Source: an uncultured Acidobacteriaceae bacterium (GTDB lineage: Bacteria; Acidobacteriota; Terriglobia; Terriglobales; Acidobacteriaceae). From it: 64,000 bases of DNA. Location: NCBI GenBank assembly GCA_963745725.1, contig CAVUYJ010000002.1, positions 21,964-85,963 on the forward strand, written 5' to 3'. Under the pieces are notes generated by a model. It did no database searches. It saw nothing but the letters and a program-made list of their open reading frames with translations, and had not been told where the DNA came from. The position numbers and the translations under genes are program-made. How positions within the stretch are numbered: the stretch's first letter is position 1; each line of letters starts with the position of its first letter. Below are positions 36,041 to 46,564 of this stretch, piece by piece.

Positions 36041-37563
36041 ATTTCAAGACCTTCTTGCAGGGCTTTGGAGCAGCCATCACGGTCTTGATCCTTCGGGTCT
36101 GGCCCCATCTGTCCAGCTACCATCCAGTGATTTATCACAGCTTCCTGCCGATGCAGAGCGTCATCTGGGGCATCCTGCTTGACCTTGGAGTCTTCACTCT
36201 GCTGGCTGCGTTGCTCTTCCGCTATCTGGAAAAAAATGAGACAGGCCTGCGCACTGCGCTGTGGGCTTTTGTGGCCGCCGAGCTGGCCTCGGCCTCGGTA
36301 TCTGCCCTGTCGGCCATGCGGCGTGCCCCCATTACGTACCTCAACCCGGATACGGTGTACCTCGTCGTATTGCTGGCAGCGCTGGTTCTCCGCTGGCTGC
36401 GACCTGTTGACTATCGTCGTGCCGTGCGCATATTGGGCGTACTCATCATGCTCGTCGGTTGCAGCATGGTCTGGATGATCCCGGAACTTTTCTACCAGGG
36501 CCTGCGGCAGCGGGTCGACGCCGCTGTTCCGGTGACGCATCCGGCGCTGGTCTCCGATCGAAAAATTCCCGGAGCCGAGGGGGGCCGGATCGTTTGGCTG
36601 CTTTTCGATGAGCTCTCTTATGATCAGACCTTCGATCATCGATTTCCCGGCCTCGCCTTGCCGGCCTTTGACAAGTTCAGGAGCGAGAGTGTGGTGTTCA
36701 GCGACCTTAAGCCCGCTGGGTATTACACCGATCGCGTGATCCCCTCATTTTTTCTTGGCACGCCGGTCGACAACGTCCGCAGCACTCTGGATGGAGAACC
36801 TCAGATCAAACTGGCCGGGAGCCAGAATTGGCAACCCTTCGATGCCCACAAAACGCTTTTCTCCGACGCCCAGCGGCTTGGCTGGACCACGGGTGTGGTG
36901 GGTTGGTACAACCCCTACTGCCGCATGCTCGCCGGAACGCTCAACTACTGTTTCTGGCGCATGGGCGATGGCCAATCCAACGGAGCCCTGCCGGATCATT
37001 CTGTCTGGCAAAATGCAATGGCCCCGTTGGTGGAGCTAAGCCGGGGATGGAACCACCAGCCAGACTTCGCCCAGCAAAGGCATCTGCAGGATGTTGCCGC
37101 GATCATGCCCCAGGCCGAGGAGTTGATTCGCGATCAGAGTATCAATTTTGTCTTCATTCATTTGCCGGTGCCGCATCCTCCTGGTGCGTATGATCGAAAT
37201 CATCGGGGTACCACCGGCTCTTACATTGATAACCTGGCGCTGGCCGACAAGTCGCTTGGGGAGTTGTTGGCGACTCTGGCTGGAACCGCGACGGCCGCAA
37301 AAGCAACTGTAATTGTTTGCTCCGACCACTCCTGGCGAGTTCCCATGTGGCGCTCCACTGCGGTATGGACGAAGGAAGACCAGGCGGCGAGCCAAGGTCG
37401 TTTCGATCCGCGTCCGGTCCTGATGATCCACTTTCCCGGTCAGCAAACAGAGCAGGATGTGGTCAGGCCGTACGACGAAATCCGCCTCCACGAAATGATC
37501 GAAACCCTGCTACGCGGTCAACAGCCCCAGTTCGAATCTCTACTGGCAGGGTCGCACCCCTAA
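36037..37563 (+). CDS. membrane-anchored sulfatase/alkaline-phosphatase-superfamily protein
   Basis: ATG at 36037 overlaps the upstream stop (ATGA). About 5 N-terminal TM segments, then RIVWLLFDELSYDQ, FVFIHLPVPHPP and VIVCSDHSW motifs. Confidence 0.75.
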   Translation: MNFKTFLQGFGAAITVLILRVWPHLSSYHPVIYHSFLPMQSVIWGILLDLGVFTLLAALLFRYLEKNETGLRTALWAFVAAELASASVSALSAMRRAPITYLNPDTVYLVVLLAALVLRWLRPVDYRRAVRILGVLIMLVGCSMVWMIPELFYQGLRQRVDAAVPVTHPALVSDRKIPGAEGGRIVWLLFDELSYDQTFDHRFPGLALPAFDKFRSESVVFSDLKPAGYYTDRVIPSFFLGTPVDNVRSTLDGEPQIKLAGSQNWQPFDAHKTLFSDAQRLGWTTGVVGWYNPYCRMLAGTLNYCFWRMGDGQSNGALPDHSVWQNAMAPLVELSRGWNHQPDFAQQRHLQDVAAIMPQAEELIRDQSINFVFIHLPVPHPPGAYDRNHRGTTGSYIDNLALADKSLGELLATLAGTATAAKATVIVCSDHSWRVPMWRSTAVWTKEDQAASQGRFDPRPVLMIHFPGQQTEQDVVRPYDEIRLHEMIETLLRGQQPQFESLLAGSHP

Positions 37564-37634
37564 CTTCCAAACTCTCCCCTGACCGCCAATGAAATGTGCC
37601 CCCCAATGATCGCTTCTGTGGAATCGATGCTCAC

Positions 37635-38925
37635 TCAGTCACCAACAACCGTACCGCGGCACTCTCCCAACCCGATCCCCACAAACCCATCCCGCTCGCA
37701 ATATCCACGAAACACAACCTCATCGCCATCCTCAAGAAACCCCCGCCGTTCACCCGCAACCAGCGAAATAGATTCACGCCCATTGCGAGTGATCTCCAGC
37801 AAACATCCAAGAGATTTCTCCCCAGGCCCAGAAACCGTGCCACTGCCCAGCAAATCACCAGGCTGGAGATTGCAACCATTGCTCGTGTGATGGGCGACCA
37901 ACTGCGCCGGCGTCCAATAAAGCTGAGACAAATTACTCCGGCTAATCCGAACCGCCTCATTCATTCGCGCTGACCGTAAGTAAACCTCCAGATGCAAATC
38001 GATCCCCCCTTCTCGCAAATCCTTTTCCGACGCAAGGTACGCAAGCGGAGCCGGGTCCTCCGCAGGCCGTGCATACGCTCCAGTGCGGAACGGCGCGAGC
38101 GCCTCCATGGTGACGATCCACGGCGAGATACTAGTAGCAAAGCTCTTGGCCAGGAACGGCCCCAGTGGCTGGTATTCCCAAGACTGAATGTCGCGTGCCG
38201 TCCAATCACTCAGCAGGCACACGCCAAACAAATGAGAGGCAGCATCTTCGATGTCGATCCTTTGTCCCAAATGATTGCCGGCCCCGACAAAAAATCCAAC
38301 CTCAATCTCATAATCAAGCGCCCGCGTCGGCGCGAACTGGGGCGGCGCCCCCGGGGACGAGACAATCTGTCCTTTCGGCCGCCTCACCGTCGACCCACTG
38401 AGGACGATCGACGATGCCCGGCCGTGGTATCCGATAGGCACCCACTTGTAGTTCGGCAGAAGAGGGTTATCCGGACGAAACAACCTCCCCACATTCCGCG
38501 CGTGGTGAATCGAGGCATAGAAATCCGTGTAGTTGCCGATTGCCGCCGGCTTCAACATCTCCACGTCTGCCATCGTCATCAAATGCGGCGTTATGGCCCG
38601 TTGATGATCGGCAGCTTGTGGGTGATCGCTTCGCAGCAAATCGCTAAGCCGTGCACGCAAGGCGGACCAACCTACCGGGCCGAGCGCCATCAGCCCATTG
38701 AGCGTGGTACCGGCGCAGGCCTCAACCGTACCCGCTGCAAGCGCCCCCAGCAACCCCGAGCAACCGCGAAGATCGAGAACCTGATCGCCAATAGCAACCC
38801 CAATCGTGGGCCCCGAAGCCCCTGCAAACAACGCCAAAGGGCAGGTTCTGGATGGGGAATGCGTCGCCGGGTCGATTGGCGGAGAGAACCCAGCTTTGCC
38901 GCCGTGGATCATGCGTAGCATTCAT
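37635..38925 (-). pseudogene. fahA: fumarylacetoacetase; one frameshift in the GGGCCCC run ~38808-38816
   Basis: Track ORF 38722..39006 gives MNATHDPRRQSWV...DAFPIQNLPFGVV (FAH N-terminus, Met at 38925). Track ORF 37635..38921 continues as ...PTIGVAIGDQVLDL...SWEYQPLGPFLAKSF.... Confidence 0.85.
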
Positions 38926-38933
38926 GGTTACAT

Positions 38934-40235
38934 TTACTGAATGGGCTTTCCCGTGAAGTGCTTCTTCAGCCCCTGCCATACCTGAAAGTATTCGCGCTGC
39001 AGGCAATCCGTCTCCAAGGCGAAGCGCGTGGGATGAAGCACCAGTTGGGTCTCAAACATGAACGCCAGGGTGCCGCCGAGATAGTGAGGCTTGAGGTCGG
39101 CACTCATCGCACGATCGAAGGTCTCCGCATCCGGCCCGTGTGCCTGCATACAGCTGTGCAGGCTGGCGGAACCGGGAACGAACCCCTCGGCCTTGGCATC
39201 GTACTGACCGAAAATCAGACCCATGAACTCGTTCATCGCGTTGCGATGAAACCAGGGAGGGCGAAACGTACGTTCGGCCACCATCCAGCGCGGCGGAAAG
39301 ATGACGAAGTCCACGTTGGCCGTGCCTGGCACGGCTGTTGGCGCGGTAAGCACGGTATAGATCGACGGATCCGGATGGTCGAAGCTGACAGTATTGATGC
39401 AGTTAAAATTCGCCATGTCGTACTTGTAAGGCGCGTAGTTACCGTGCCATCCCACCACATCGAGCGGCGAGTGATCGAGACCTGCCGACCACAACTTCCC
39501 CTGGAACTTGCACAAAGTCTGACAGTTGTCATCCACGTCCTCAAATGCGGCCACGGGATACAGAAAATCGCGTGGATTGGCCAGCCCGTTGGCGCCGATC
39601 GGACCCAGGTCAGGCAAGCGGAAGGGAAGGCTGTAGTTTTCGCAGATATACCCACGGGCCGAATCGTCGAGGAGTTCCGCCCGCATCTTGAGGCCGCGGG
39701 GAATGACGCAAAGTTCCCCCGGCGCCACCTCCAGAATGCCCAGTTCGGTAAAGAAGCGCATCCTCCCCAACTGGGGCAGAATCAACATCTCTCCATCGGC
39801 GTTGGAAAAAAAACGGCCCGCCATGCTTTGGTTCGCGGCATAGATGTGCACCGCACAGCCGGTCTGTGTTGCCGGGCTGCCGTTGCCGCCCATGGTGACA
39901 ATGCCGTCGAGGAAGTCACACGGCGCGGAAGGGATGGGCAATGGATCCCACCGAAGCTGATTGGGAGTCGCAGAAACCTCGCCGAAGGGCGCGCTGCGCA
40001 TCCTGCTGTCAGGCAGTTCAACGAACGGTCTATGGGTCACCGAGGGGCGGATGCGATAGAGCCAGGAACGCTGGTTCGTAGCCCGTGGAGCGGTAAAAGG
40101 GGTCCCGCTGAACTGTTCTGTATAGAGCCCGAGGGTAGACTTCTGGGGTGCATTTTGACCCTTGGGCAAAGCCCCAGCAACCGCTTCGGTCGCAAACTCG
40201 TTGCCAAACCCCGATTGATATTCCGATTTCGACAT
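38934..40235 (-). CDS. hmgA: homogentisate 1,2-dioxygenase
   Basis: [32 protein letters not shown]... and the rest of the sequence are the canonical HGD sequence. The stop lies 8 nt before the fahA start. Confidence 0.95.
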   Translation of the reverse strand: MSKSEYQSGFGNEFATEAVAGALPKGQNAPQKSTLGLYTEQFSGTPFTAPRATNQRSWLYRIRPSVTHRPFVELPDSRMRSAPFGEVSATPNQLRWDPLPIPSAPCDFLDGIVTMGGNGSPATQTGCAVHIYAANQSMAGRFFSNADGEMLILPQLGRMRFFTELGILEVAPGELCVIPRGLKMRAELLDDSARGYICENYSLPFRLPDLGPIGANGLANPRDFLYPVAAFEDVDDNCQTLCKFQGKLWSAGLDHSPLDVVGWHGNYAPYKYDMANFNCINTVSFDHPDPSIYTVLTAPTAVPGTANVDFVIFPPRWMVAERTFRPPWFHRNAMNEFMGLIFGQYDAKAEGFVPGSASLHSCMQAHGPDAETFDRAMSADLKPHYLGGTLAFMFETQLVLHPTRFALETDCLQREYFQVWQGLKKHFTGKPIQ

Positions 40236-40386
40236 GGCATCCCCCTGTAGCTGTATACCGGAGGACACTAACGATTGCCAACTGGCCGAACACTAAAAGC
40301 GCGCGTGAGAACCAGGATTTACGACTTAGTTCCGTAGGAGCGGCTCAGGGTTGTCCAGGATTGATTGCATCGCGGGCTGCAGAAAC

Positions 40387-42063
40387 TCAATCCAGCCCCA
40401 ACGCTGTAATCTCAGGAGGGTATGCCTCTTCAAACAAAAGCTCCTCGTTCCCGGCTGCCCGAGATGCACTGAGATATCGCATCCCAATGGCGGCGAAAGC
40501 AACCACCACAATCATCAGGACGCTACTCAGGCGGCCACGTAGTAGCCGCCCCTCCAGCCCAGTTGCTTCATGCAGTAAACGTAGGAAGAACAACACGCCG
40601 ACCCAAAAGGCAACATGAATTCCGGCTTTGCCCGGCAGATAAGAGCAGGTGAACGGGATCTTACTGAACGTGTACAGACAAACTTCCACCAGAAGGATTC
40701 CCAGACAGAACATCACACAGAGATGCCCCAGTGCCGGCCGCCAGGGAGACGCGGCCAGCAGGAAGGCGGCAATGCTCACCAAGACAGGCGCTACCCCCAA
40801 AATCAACCACGACCAACGGACTGCCCTACGGTAATCCGTGGCCAATCGTACTTGTGTGACCCGGATCATCCAGTTTGCAGAAAGCGAAGTAGGAATGGAA
40901 GCAACCACGCGCAAGGCCACGATAGCCAGGATCATCATCATCATGCTGGCAAACAGGAACGAATTGCTGATCGTTCCCCCCATAGATCCAAAACCTCGAT
41001 TCGTGGCTTTCACATAACCAACGACGATCGTGATGCCAATACCTAGATAGAAACTGAGAATCATGCGATGCTGCCGGCTGCGCAGCAGTGTGCGCGTGCT
41101 GAAGCGCGTGAGCGCGCCCGTGAGAGAATTGCCGAACCGTGGTGACCACGAGAAGAATCGAGTCTGCGGCAGGATGTCGGGTTGCTCGACCATCTTTCGC
41201 ATCAGACGGAAGTAGCACAAGAGCAATACCGTACAAGCTCCCAGCGCGGATACACCCAAGCCGATCCATGCTCGTTTGGCTAAAGGGACCAGCACCGGAT
41301 CCATCGACCCATTGAGCTGATTAAAGAGCGCCAGGAACCAGTAGGAGGGAAGCCACTCCAGCATGCGCTGATTTTGCGCGGCGGCCAGTGCCGCCGGTGA
41401 CTCCAACGATGGCTCAATAAAGTAGACGATCATTAGGGTGCACATCACGGCTGCTTGCAGTACCGCGGAAAAACGAAGAAAAAGCTGACGCGGTAGCAGA
41501 TTGGCCGCCAGGCCCTGTAACGTGAGAATGGAGAGTACGAGAAAACCGCCCGCCGCAAAGACAGTGATCCAATAGGCAGGCCATGCACGCAATACGCTAA
41601 AGAATCCGCCGGCTCGAAAGAGAAATGGCCACACGACGCCGGAAAAGATGTTCAATGCAACCATCGCGAGAGCAGGCGCCGCAAACAGAGCGGCAACCTT
41701 GGCCAGAAACAATGCACTTTTACTCACCGGCAGTGGTGCCAGCACCAGGAGGTCTCGTTTATCCGGGAAGGCTGCCTCCCAGTTCAGTACCGCGATGAGC
41801 CCGGCACACGTCATCGTTGTTTCAATAAAAAAGTGCTCAGGCGTCCATCCTTCTGCCCCTGGAAACGAAGCCGTGCCCAATAGCGGCAGAAGCGCCGGAA
41901 GCGTAAAGAATGAGCTGACGGTGACGAAGATGGTCGCAAACTGTCCGATCAATTTTGTCGGGTCGCCATCAGCCGAGAGCAGTTCGAGATCCACGACCCG
42001 GAGCAGGAAAACGCGATACAGCGTGCGGAACTGGAGCCGTCTCCTGGCCCAGTCACTATGCAT
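40387..42063 (-). CDS. large multi-pass membrane protein, putative ABC-2-type permease
   Basis: 558 aa, at least 10 hydrophobic segments. Overlaps the upstream ATPase gene by 8 nt. Confidence 0.6.
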   Translation of the reverse strand: MHSDWARRRLQFRTLYRVFLLRVVDLELLSADGDPTKLIGQFATIFVTVSSFFTLPALLPLLGTASFPGAEGWTPEHFFIETTMTCAGLIAVLNWEAAFPDKRDLLVLAPLPVSKSALFLAKVAALFAAPALAMVALNIFSGVVWPFLFRAGGFFSVLRAWPAYWITVFAAGGFLVLSILTLQGLAANLLPRQLFLRFSAVLQAAVMCTLMIVYFIEPSLESPAALAAAQNQRMLEWLPSYWFLALFNQLNGSMDPVLVPLAKRAWIGLGVSALGACTVLLLCYFRLMRKMVEQPDILPQTRFFSWSPRFGNSLTGALTRFSTRTLLRSRQHRMILSFYLGIGITIVVGYVKATNRGFGSMGGTISNSFLFASMMMMILAIVALRVVASIPTSLSANWMIRVTQVRLATDYRRAVRWSWLILGVAPVLVSIAAFLLAASPWRPALGHLCVMFCLGILLVEVCLYTFSKIPFTCSYLPGKAGIHVAFWVGVLFFLRLLHEATGLEGRLLRGRLSSVLMIVVVAFAAIGMRYLSASRAAGNEELLFEEAYPPEITALGLD

Positions 42064-42820
42064 GGATCAAGTCCGCAATCTCTCGTGAGACGGCCTCTGA
42101 GTCCTGCTCGACCGCGAGTTGCGAAAAAATTCCTTCCAGCGTAGGCGCAGCCATGAGGACTCGCAACCGCTCAATCGAGTCGTCCGCGACCACTTTACCG
42201 TGATGCAAAATGACCACATGGGAGCATAGGCGTTCGACTGTTTCCAACTCGTGCGAACTGAAGAGCACGATCTTACCCCGCGTTGCCAACTCCTTGATCA
42301 GGCTGCGTAAGATGAGCGAGGAGCCGACATCGAGACCGGAGAACGGTTCATCCAGCAGGATCAAGTCTGGATTGTGCATCAGCGCCGCACTCAAAAGAAT
42401 CTTCTGCCGCATGCCCTTGGAATAAGACGACATCGCAACATCGCGGTCGCCGTGAATGCCGAACAGGCGGAGAAGTCCATGAATGCGCTCATCGGCAGAA
42501 GTTCGCTCCATGTCTCGCAACTCGGCGACCATCACCAGGTACTCCATGCCGCTCAAGTGGGTGTAAAGGTGAGGTTCCTCCGGAACATAACCCAATCGTT
42601 GCCGATAGGCCATCGGGTCTGTCTTGATGGATTGTCCTGCAAAGAAGATCTCGCCGGAAGTCGGTTCAATCAATCCCGTGGCCATCTTCATCGTGGTGGA
42701 TTTCCCGGAACCATTTGCGCCCAGGTAGCCGGTGACTTCACCCGCGCGTGCGACGAAGCTCACACCATCGACAGCGGGAATACCCGAGTAGCGCTTGCGC
42801 AGGTTGCGAACCTCGAGCAT
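42056..42820 (-). CDS. ABC transporter ATP-binding protein
   Basis: Walker A GANGSGKST, signature YSKGMRQK, Walker B LILLDEPFSGLD. Confidence 0.9.
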   Translation of the reverse strand: MLEVRNLRKRYSGIPAVDGVSFVARAGEVTGYLGANGSGKSTTMKMATGLIEPTSGEIFFAGQSIKTDPMAYRQRLGYVPEEPHLYTHLSGMEYLVMVAELRDMERTSADERIHGLLRLFGIHGDRDVAMSSYSKGMRQKILLSAALMHNPDLILLDEPFSGLDVGSSLILRSLIKELATRGKIVLFSSHELETVERLCSHVVILHHGKVVADDSIERLRVLMAAPTLEGIFSQLAVEQDSEAVSREIADLIHA

Positions 42821-42832
42821 GGCTTGAGCTTG

Positions 42833-43255
42833 CTACGGCGTGCTCTCAAGCACAACTTCGGCGTGCGACGGCGCTCGCAGGGTGATCGTGTAGCAGGGCA
42901 CCCGGTCCGACCAGCGAACGGAGAGGGTCCACGGGCTTGGGTGACTTCCGAGCCAATTGAGACTGAAAAGAATAAGTGAACACGTGATGCCGGCCTGAAG
43001 AAAGCGAACCGGGCTGACGCCGGGGCCGGTAATGATCTCTCCCGAAGCAATGGAAAGCTGGCCAGGATCCTTCTCCATCCTGGAACACTGCCGGAGCAAG
43101 GAAATTACCCCGTCCATGAACATGTAGGCAACTCCACCTTGTGAGTATTCTTCATCGAAGATCCAAAGCATCTCCGTCCCAAACTCGTCCTGGAAGGAAG
43201 CGGGATGCAAGCGGAGAAGAAGACGATAGGCAAATCGGGCGAAGGCTCTGTTCAT
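42833..43255 (-). CDS. hypothetical protein downstream of PadR
   Basis: 140 aa. MNRAFARFAYRLLLRLHPASFQDEFGTEMLWIF resembles the prefix regions found after PadR genes. Overlaps PadR by 4 nt. Confidence 0.5.
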   Translation of the reverse strand: MNRAFARFAYRLLLRLHPASFQDEFGTEMLWIFDEEYSQGGVAYMFMDGVISLLRQCSRMEKDPGQLSIASGEIITGPGVSPVRFLQAGITCSLILFSLNWLGSHPSPWTLSVRWSDRVPCYTITLRAPSHAEVVLESTP

Positions 43256-43626
43256 GCTTTTCCTGTCCTCGCTTCCTGCAGTCGTAATCTGGCTTCTCTT
43301 ACCACGCTTTGTAGCCGGTCCACCTCGGCAGCCAACGCATTTTTTCCATCCTTGGTAAGCGTATAAAACCGCCGATCATCCTCTTTTGAGGAGACTGGCT
43401 TGCGCTTGGACGAGGAAGATGTGGCCGCATCCGCAACCAGGCCGGCGTCCATTAACTTCTTCAGGTTGTCGTACAACGTACCGGGGCCCAATCGATAGTG
43501 ACCATCTGAATTGCGGGTGACTTCCTTAATGATTCCGTAACCGTGCAAGTTGCCCCCGGCCAGCGCCAGAAGAATATGCAAGGTTGCGGACGATAGCGGA
43601 GGGCTCTTGGCAGACTCGGGTTTCAT
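43252..43626 (-). CDS. PadR-family transcriptional regulator
   Basis: LHILLALAGGNLHGYGIIKEV...GPGTLYDNLKKLMDAGLV. Confidence 0.9.
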   Translation of the reverse strand: MKPESAKSPPLSSATLHILLALAGGNLHGYGIIKEVTRNSDGHYRLGPGTLYDNLKKLMDAGLVADAATSSSSKRKPVSSKEDDRRFYTLTKDGKNALAAEVDRLQSVVREARLRLQEARTGKA

Positions 43627-43686
43627 ATCGGACTCCGACTATATCGGAGGCCGACTATCGGCGTCAAGACCATGGTTCACCCTCAA

Positions 43687-44322
43687 TCAAAGGACACCGG
43701 AACAAGCCTTCAGGTATGAGCAGGCAAGTAGGATCAGTTCCTGCCGGAAGCTCTCCCAAAGCTCCTCAGGGGCGTCGGACTCAAGCAATCTCCGGCTGAT
43801 CCCGGCCATGGCGCCCTGCAGCATCGAAGCCACCACTTGCGGGTCCTTCGTCAGGGGCTCTCGAGCAGTCGCTAACATGGCAATGATCGCTCGATTGGAA
43901 CGCAGTCCTATCTCGCGCACGATCCTCGCTCCATCCACATCGGAGCTAACCGCGTACAGAGCGACGCTCGTCTTTCCATCGCTCATTTTCGCCCGGAGGA
44001 ATGCATCCACGAGAGCCGTCGCCATGCCCTCCAGCGAGTTTCCCCTTTGCTCTCTGCACACTCGCTCCACCGTCTCGGTAACCCCATCCATGTGGCGCTT
44101 GAGAGCAGCCTGCAAAAGGGCGCTCTTGTTAGGGAAATATTGATATAAGGTCCCGACCGACACGCCTGCACGCGACGCCACCCGGGTCGTGGTCAGCCGC
44201 TCTTTGCCGAGATCCAGCAAAACCTGAACCGTCGCCTCGAGAATCGCGTCCACGCTGGCGGTCGAACGGGCTTGCACGGGCGATTTACGTGGCTCTAAGA
44301 GCGCTGGGGAACGCTGGGACAA
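43687..44322 (-). CDS. TetR/AcrR-family transcriptional regulator
   Basis: LTTTRVASRAGVSVGTLYQYFPNKSALL HTH. Confidence 0.85.
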   Translation of the reverse strand: MSQRSPALLEPRKSPVQARSTASVDAILEATVQVLLDLGKERLTTTRVASRAGVSVGTLYQYFPNKSALLQAALKRHMDGVTETVERVCREQRGNSLEGMATALVDAFLRAKMSDGKTSVALYAVSSDVDGARIVREIGLRSNRAIIAMLATAREPLTKDPQVVASMLQGAMAGISRRLLESDAPEELWESFRQELILLACSYLKACSGVL

Positions 44323-44407
44323 ATGCGAACTCCTAAACTGAAGCTTTCTTCATCTAATCAAAATGGGTACAACCACTGCAAGTAAAGTACAGATACAGGA
44401 GAACAGC

Positions 44408-45289
44408 ATGACGACACAAATAGATTTGGGCGGCACCTTCACGCTCCCCGGCACCTCAATGACGGTGAACCGAATGGGCTACGGAGCGATGCAACTTGCC
44501 GGGCCGCAGGTATGGGGGCCGCCTCGCGATCGGGACGCTGCCATCGCCGTCCTGCGAGAGGCGGTCGCGGCGGGCGTGAATCACATTGATACCAGCGATT
44601 TTTACGGCCCGCATGTGACCAATCAGATCATCAAGGAGGCACTGCACCCGTATACGGACGACCTGGTTATCGTGACCAAGCTGGGTGCGCGCCGGGGCAG
44701 CGACAAGTCGTGGCTCCATGCTCTTTCGCGGCAGGAACTGACCGATGGCGTTCATGACAACCTGCGCAATCTTGGCGTAGACACCCTCGACGTTGTCAAT
44801 CTTCGCGTCGGAGGGGTCACTGGCCCCAGCGAAGGATCGATTGCAGAGCCCTTGACCGTGCTCGCCGAGCTCAAAAGCCAGGGACTGATTCGCCATCTCG
44901 GCGTAAGCAACGTCAGCCCCAAACAGTTTGCCGAGGCTCGGGCCATCACTGAGATCGTCGGCGTACAGAACCTGTACAACCTGGCCCAGAGAGGCGACGA
45001 CGGCTTTATCAGCGATCTCGCGGGTCACGGCGTAGCGTATGTGCCGTTTTTCCCCTTGGGAGGGTTCACGCCATTGCAGTCGTCGGAGCTCGATGCCGCA
45101 GCAGCGTCACTTGAGGCCACGCCGATGCAGGTTGCCCTGGCGTGGCTTCTTCACCGTTCGCCCAACATCCTTTTAATCCCCGGGACCTGTTCGCCCGCAC
45201 ATCTGCGCGAGAATCTCAAGGCGGCGACGCTGGAAATTCCACCCCAAATCATCGCCGATCTTGATGCCATCGCGGGTAGCGGTAAGTAG
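44408..45289 (+). CDS. aldo/keto reductase
   Basis: AGGAG lies 8 nt upstream of the ATG at 44408. MGYGAMQLAG...AGVNHIDTSDFYG...LIRHLGVSN. Confidence 0.9.
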   Translation: MTTQIDLGGTFTLPGTSMTVNRMGYGAMQLAGPQVWGPPRDRDAAIAVLREAVAAGVNHIDTSDFYGPHVTNQIIKEALHPYTDDLVIVTKLGARRGSDKSWLHALSRQELTDGVHDNLRNLGVDTLDVVNLRVGGVTGPSEGSIAEPLTVLAELKSQGLIRHLGVSNVSPKQFAEARAITEIVGVQNLYNLAQRGDDGFISDLAGHGVAYVPFFPLGGFTPLQSSELDAAAASLEATPMQVALAWLLHRSPNILLIPGTCSPAHLRENLKAATLEIPPQIIADLDAIAGSGK

Positions 45290-45306
45290 CTGATAGGGCT
45301 GAGAGC

Positions 45307-45582
45307 TTAGGTCGTTTGGACCGCTCTCAGCCTGGTCAGCGTTGCAATCATGGGCTCTTCAGCTTCGGTAAGTAGAACGACCAAGCCATCCTGGCACCGG
45401 AAGCGGCCGAAGTAGCATTCGCCCACGTTCCAGATTTCTTCGATTACGGCCGCACCGGAGCCTTCCAGCCGGACAACCTGGCCACGCCGCAACTCGGATA
45501 GTTTACGAATCCCATTCACATAGGCAGATTTCAAAGGTAACCCCCAAGGCGACCCCCGAACGCAATCTGGAGGCACCGCCAA
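45307..45582 (-). CDS. hypothetical protein
   Basis: 91-aa ORF, no motif recognised. Coding status uncertain. Confidence 0.3.
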   Translation of the reverse strand: MAVPPDCVRGSPWGLPLKSAYVNGIRKLSELRRGQVVRLEGSGAAVIEEIWNVGECYFGRFRCQDGLVVLLTEAEEPMIATLTRLRAVQTT

Positions 45583-45792
45583 ATATGATCATTATCGATC
45601 CACTGAAAGAACACAGTCAATGTGACATTTCGGGCATGGAAGTTACCTCCCGGCGAGAATCGCAGCGCTCCGGTACCCAAAATGCTGCCCTTCGCGACGG
45701 CTTGATCCCACCATCGATCCAAAGTCTTACACGGAAGCGGGATAGCAGCCGCAAATGGGAAACCGGATTGGGACAGTCAAGTGACTTTCGTG

Positions 45793-46560
45793 TCAGAGGC
45801 CGGGAAAACGGGTCCGTAGCGCACGCCCCTGGCGCTCACTCACCTCAACCTCCGTACCCTTTTCGTCGCTCATGACCAGAACAAAGCTGCTGCGCAAATC
45901 CGACCGGATCTCTTTGACCCGCTTCAGATTGACTAACGCAGAGCGTCGGGCGCGAAAGAACCCTTTTGACCCAAGCGCCTGCTCTAACTCTCCCAGTTGA
46001 TAGTTGACCCAATACGTATCGTTGTCCACGCGTACCCGGACAATCCCACCGTCCATGTAGAAAACCAACGCCTCTGCAGGGTCCAGCAGAAAAACGCGGT
46101 TAGCCTTCCTGGCCACGATCTGCTCCATGGCAGGAATCTCATCCCCGAGCAAACGGTTGACGCTCTCCTCCTCTTTCTCCCGCGAGGGGAGCGAGCCGAG
46201 CAAACGGCCGGCGCGATCGACCATTTCTCCCAAATGGTCTTCCTCGATCGGCTTGAGCAGGTAGGCGATCGCCCGCGCCCGAAAAGCCTCCAGCGCATGT
46301 TCGTGGAAGCCGGTCACAAAAATCGTCAGCGGCCGGGGAGTATCCTTGGACAACCCTTTCAATACCTCGAAGCCGCTCAGCCCGGGCATCTGTATATCGA
46401 GGAACAGCAATTCCGGGCGCAGGCGCTCGATCGCTTCCACTGCTTCGATACCGTTCGTAGCCTCGCCAATAATCTGTACCTGCGGATGGTGATCCAACAG
46501 CCTGCGCAGCCGTACCCGAGCCGCGGGTTCGTCATCGGCCAGGAAGGTTCGAATCTGCAT
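45793..46560 (-). CDS. LytTR-family response regulator
   Basis: Start MQIRTFLADDEPAARVRLRRLL at 46560. The REC domain has LFLDIQMPGLSGFEVL. C-terminal LytTR DNA-binding domain. Confidence 0.9.
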   Translation of the reverse strand: MQIRTFLADDEPAARVRLRRLLDHHPQVQIIGEATNGIEAVEAIERLRPELLFLDIQMPGLSGFEVLKGLSKDTPRPLTIFVTGFHEHALEAFRARAIAYLLKPIEEDHLGEMVDRAGRLLGSLPSREKEEESVNRLLGDEIPAMEQIVARKANRVFLLDPAEALVFYMDGGIVRVRVDNDTYWVNYQLGELEQALGSKGFFRARRSALVNLKRVKEIRSDLRSSFVLVMSDEKGTEVEVSERQGRALRTRFPGL

Positions 46561-46564
46561 TGCG

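Noticed and set aside
38958-40250. 430-aa ORF on the plus strand
   Set aside because: Exactly antisense to hmgA, whose product is unmistakable. The antisense product is Arg/Gly/Pro-rich with no motifs, a typical high-GC shadow ORF. The same reasoning applies to 37992..38918, 24109..24876, 49401..50447, 27607..28203, 52365..52946 and 44456..45028.
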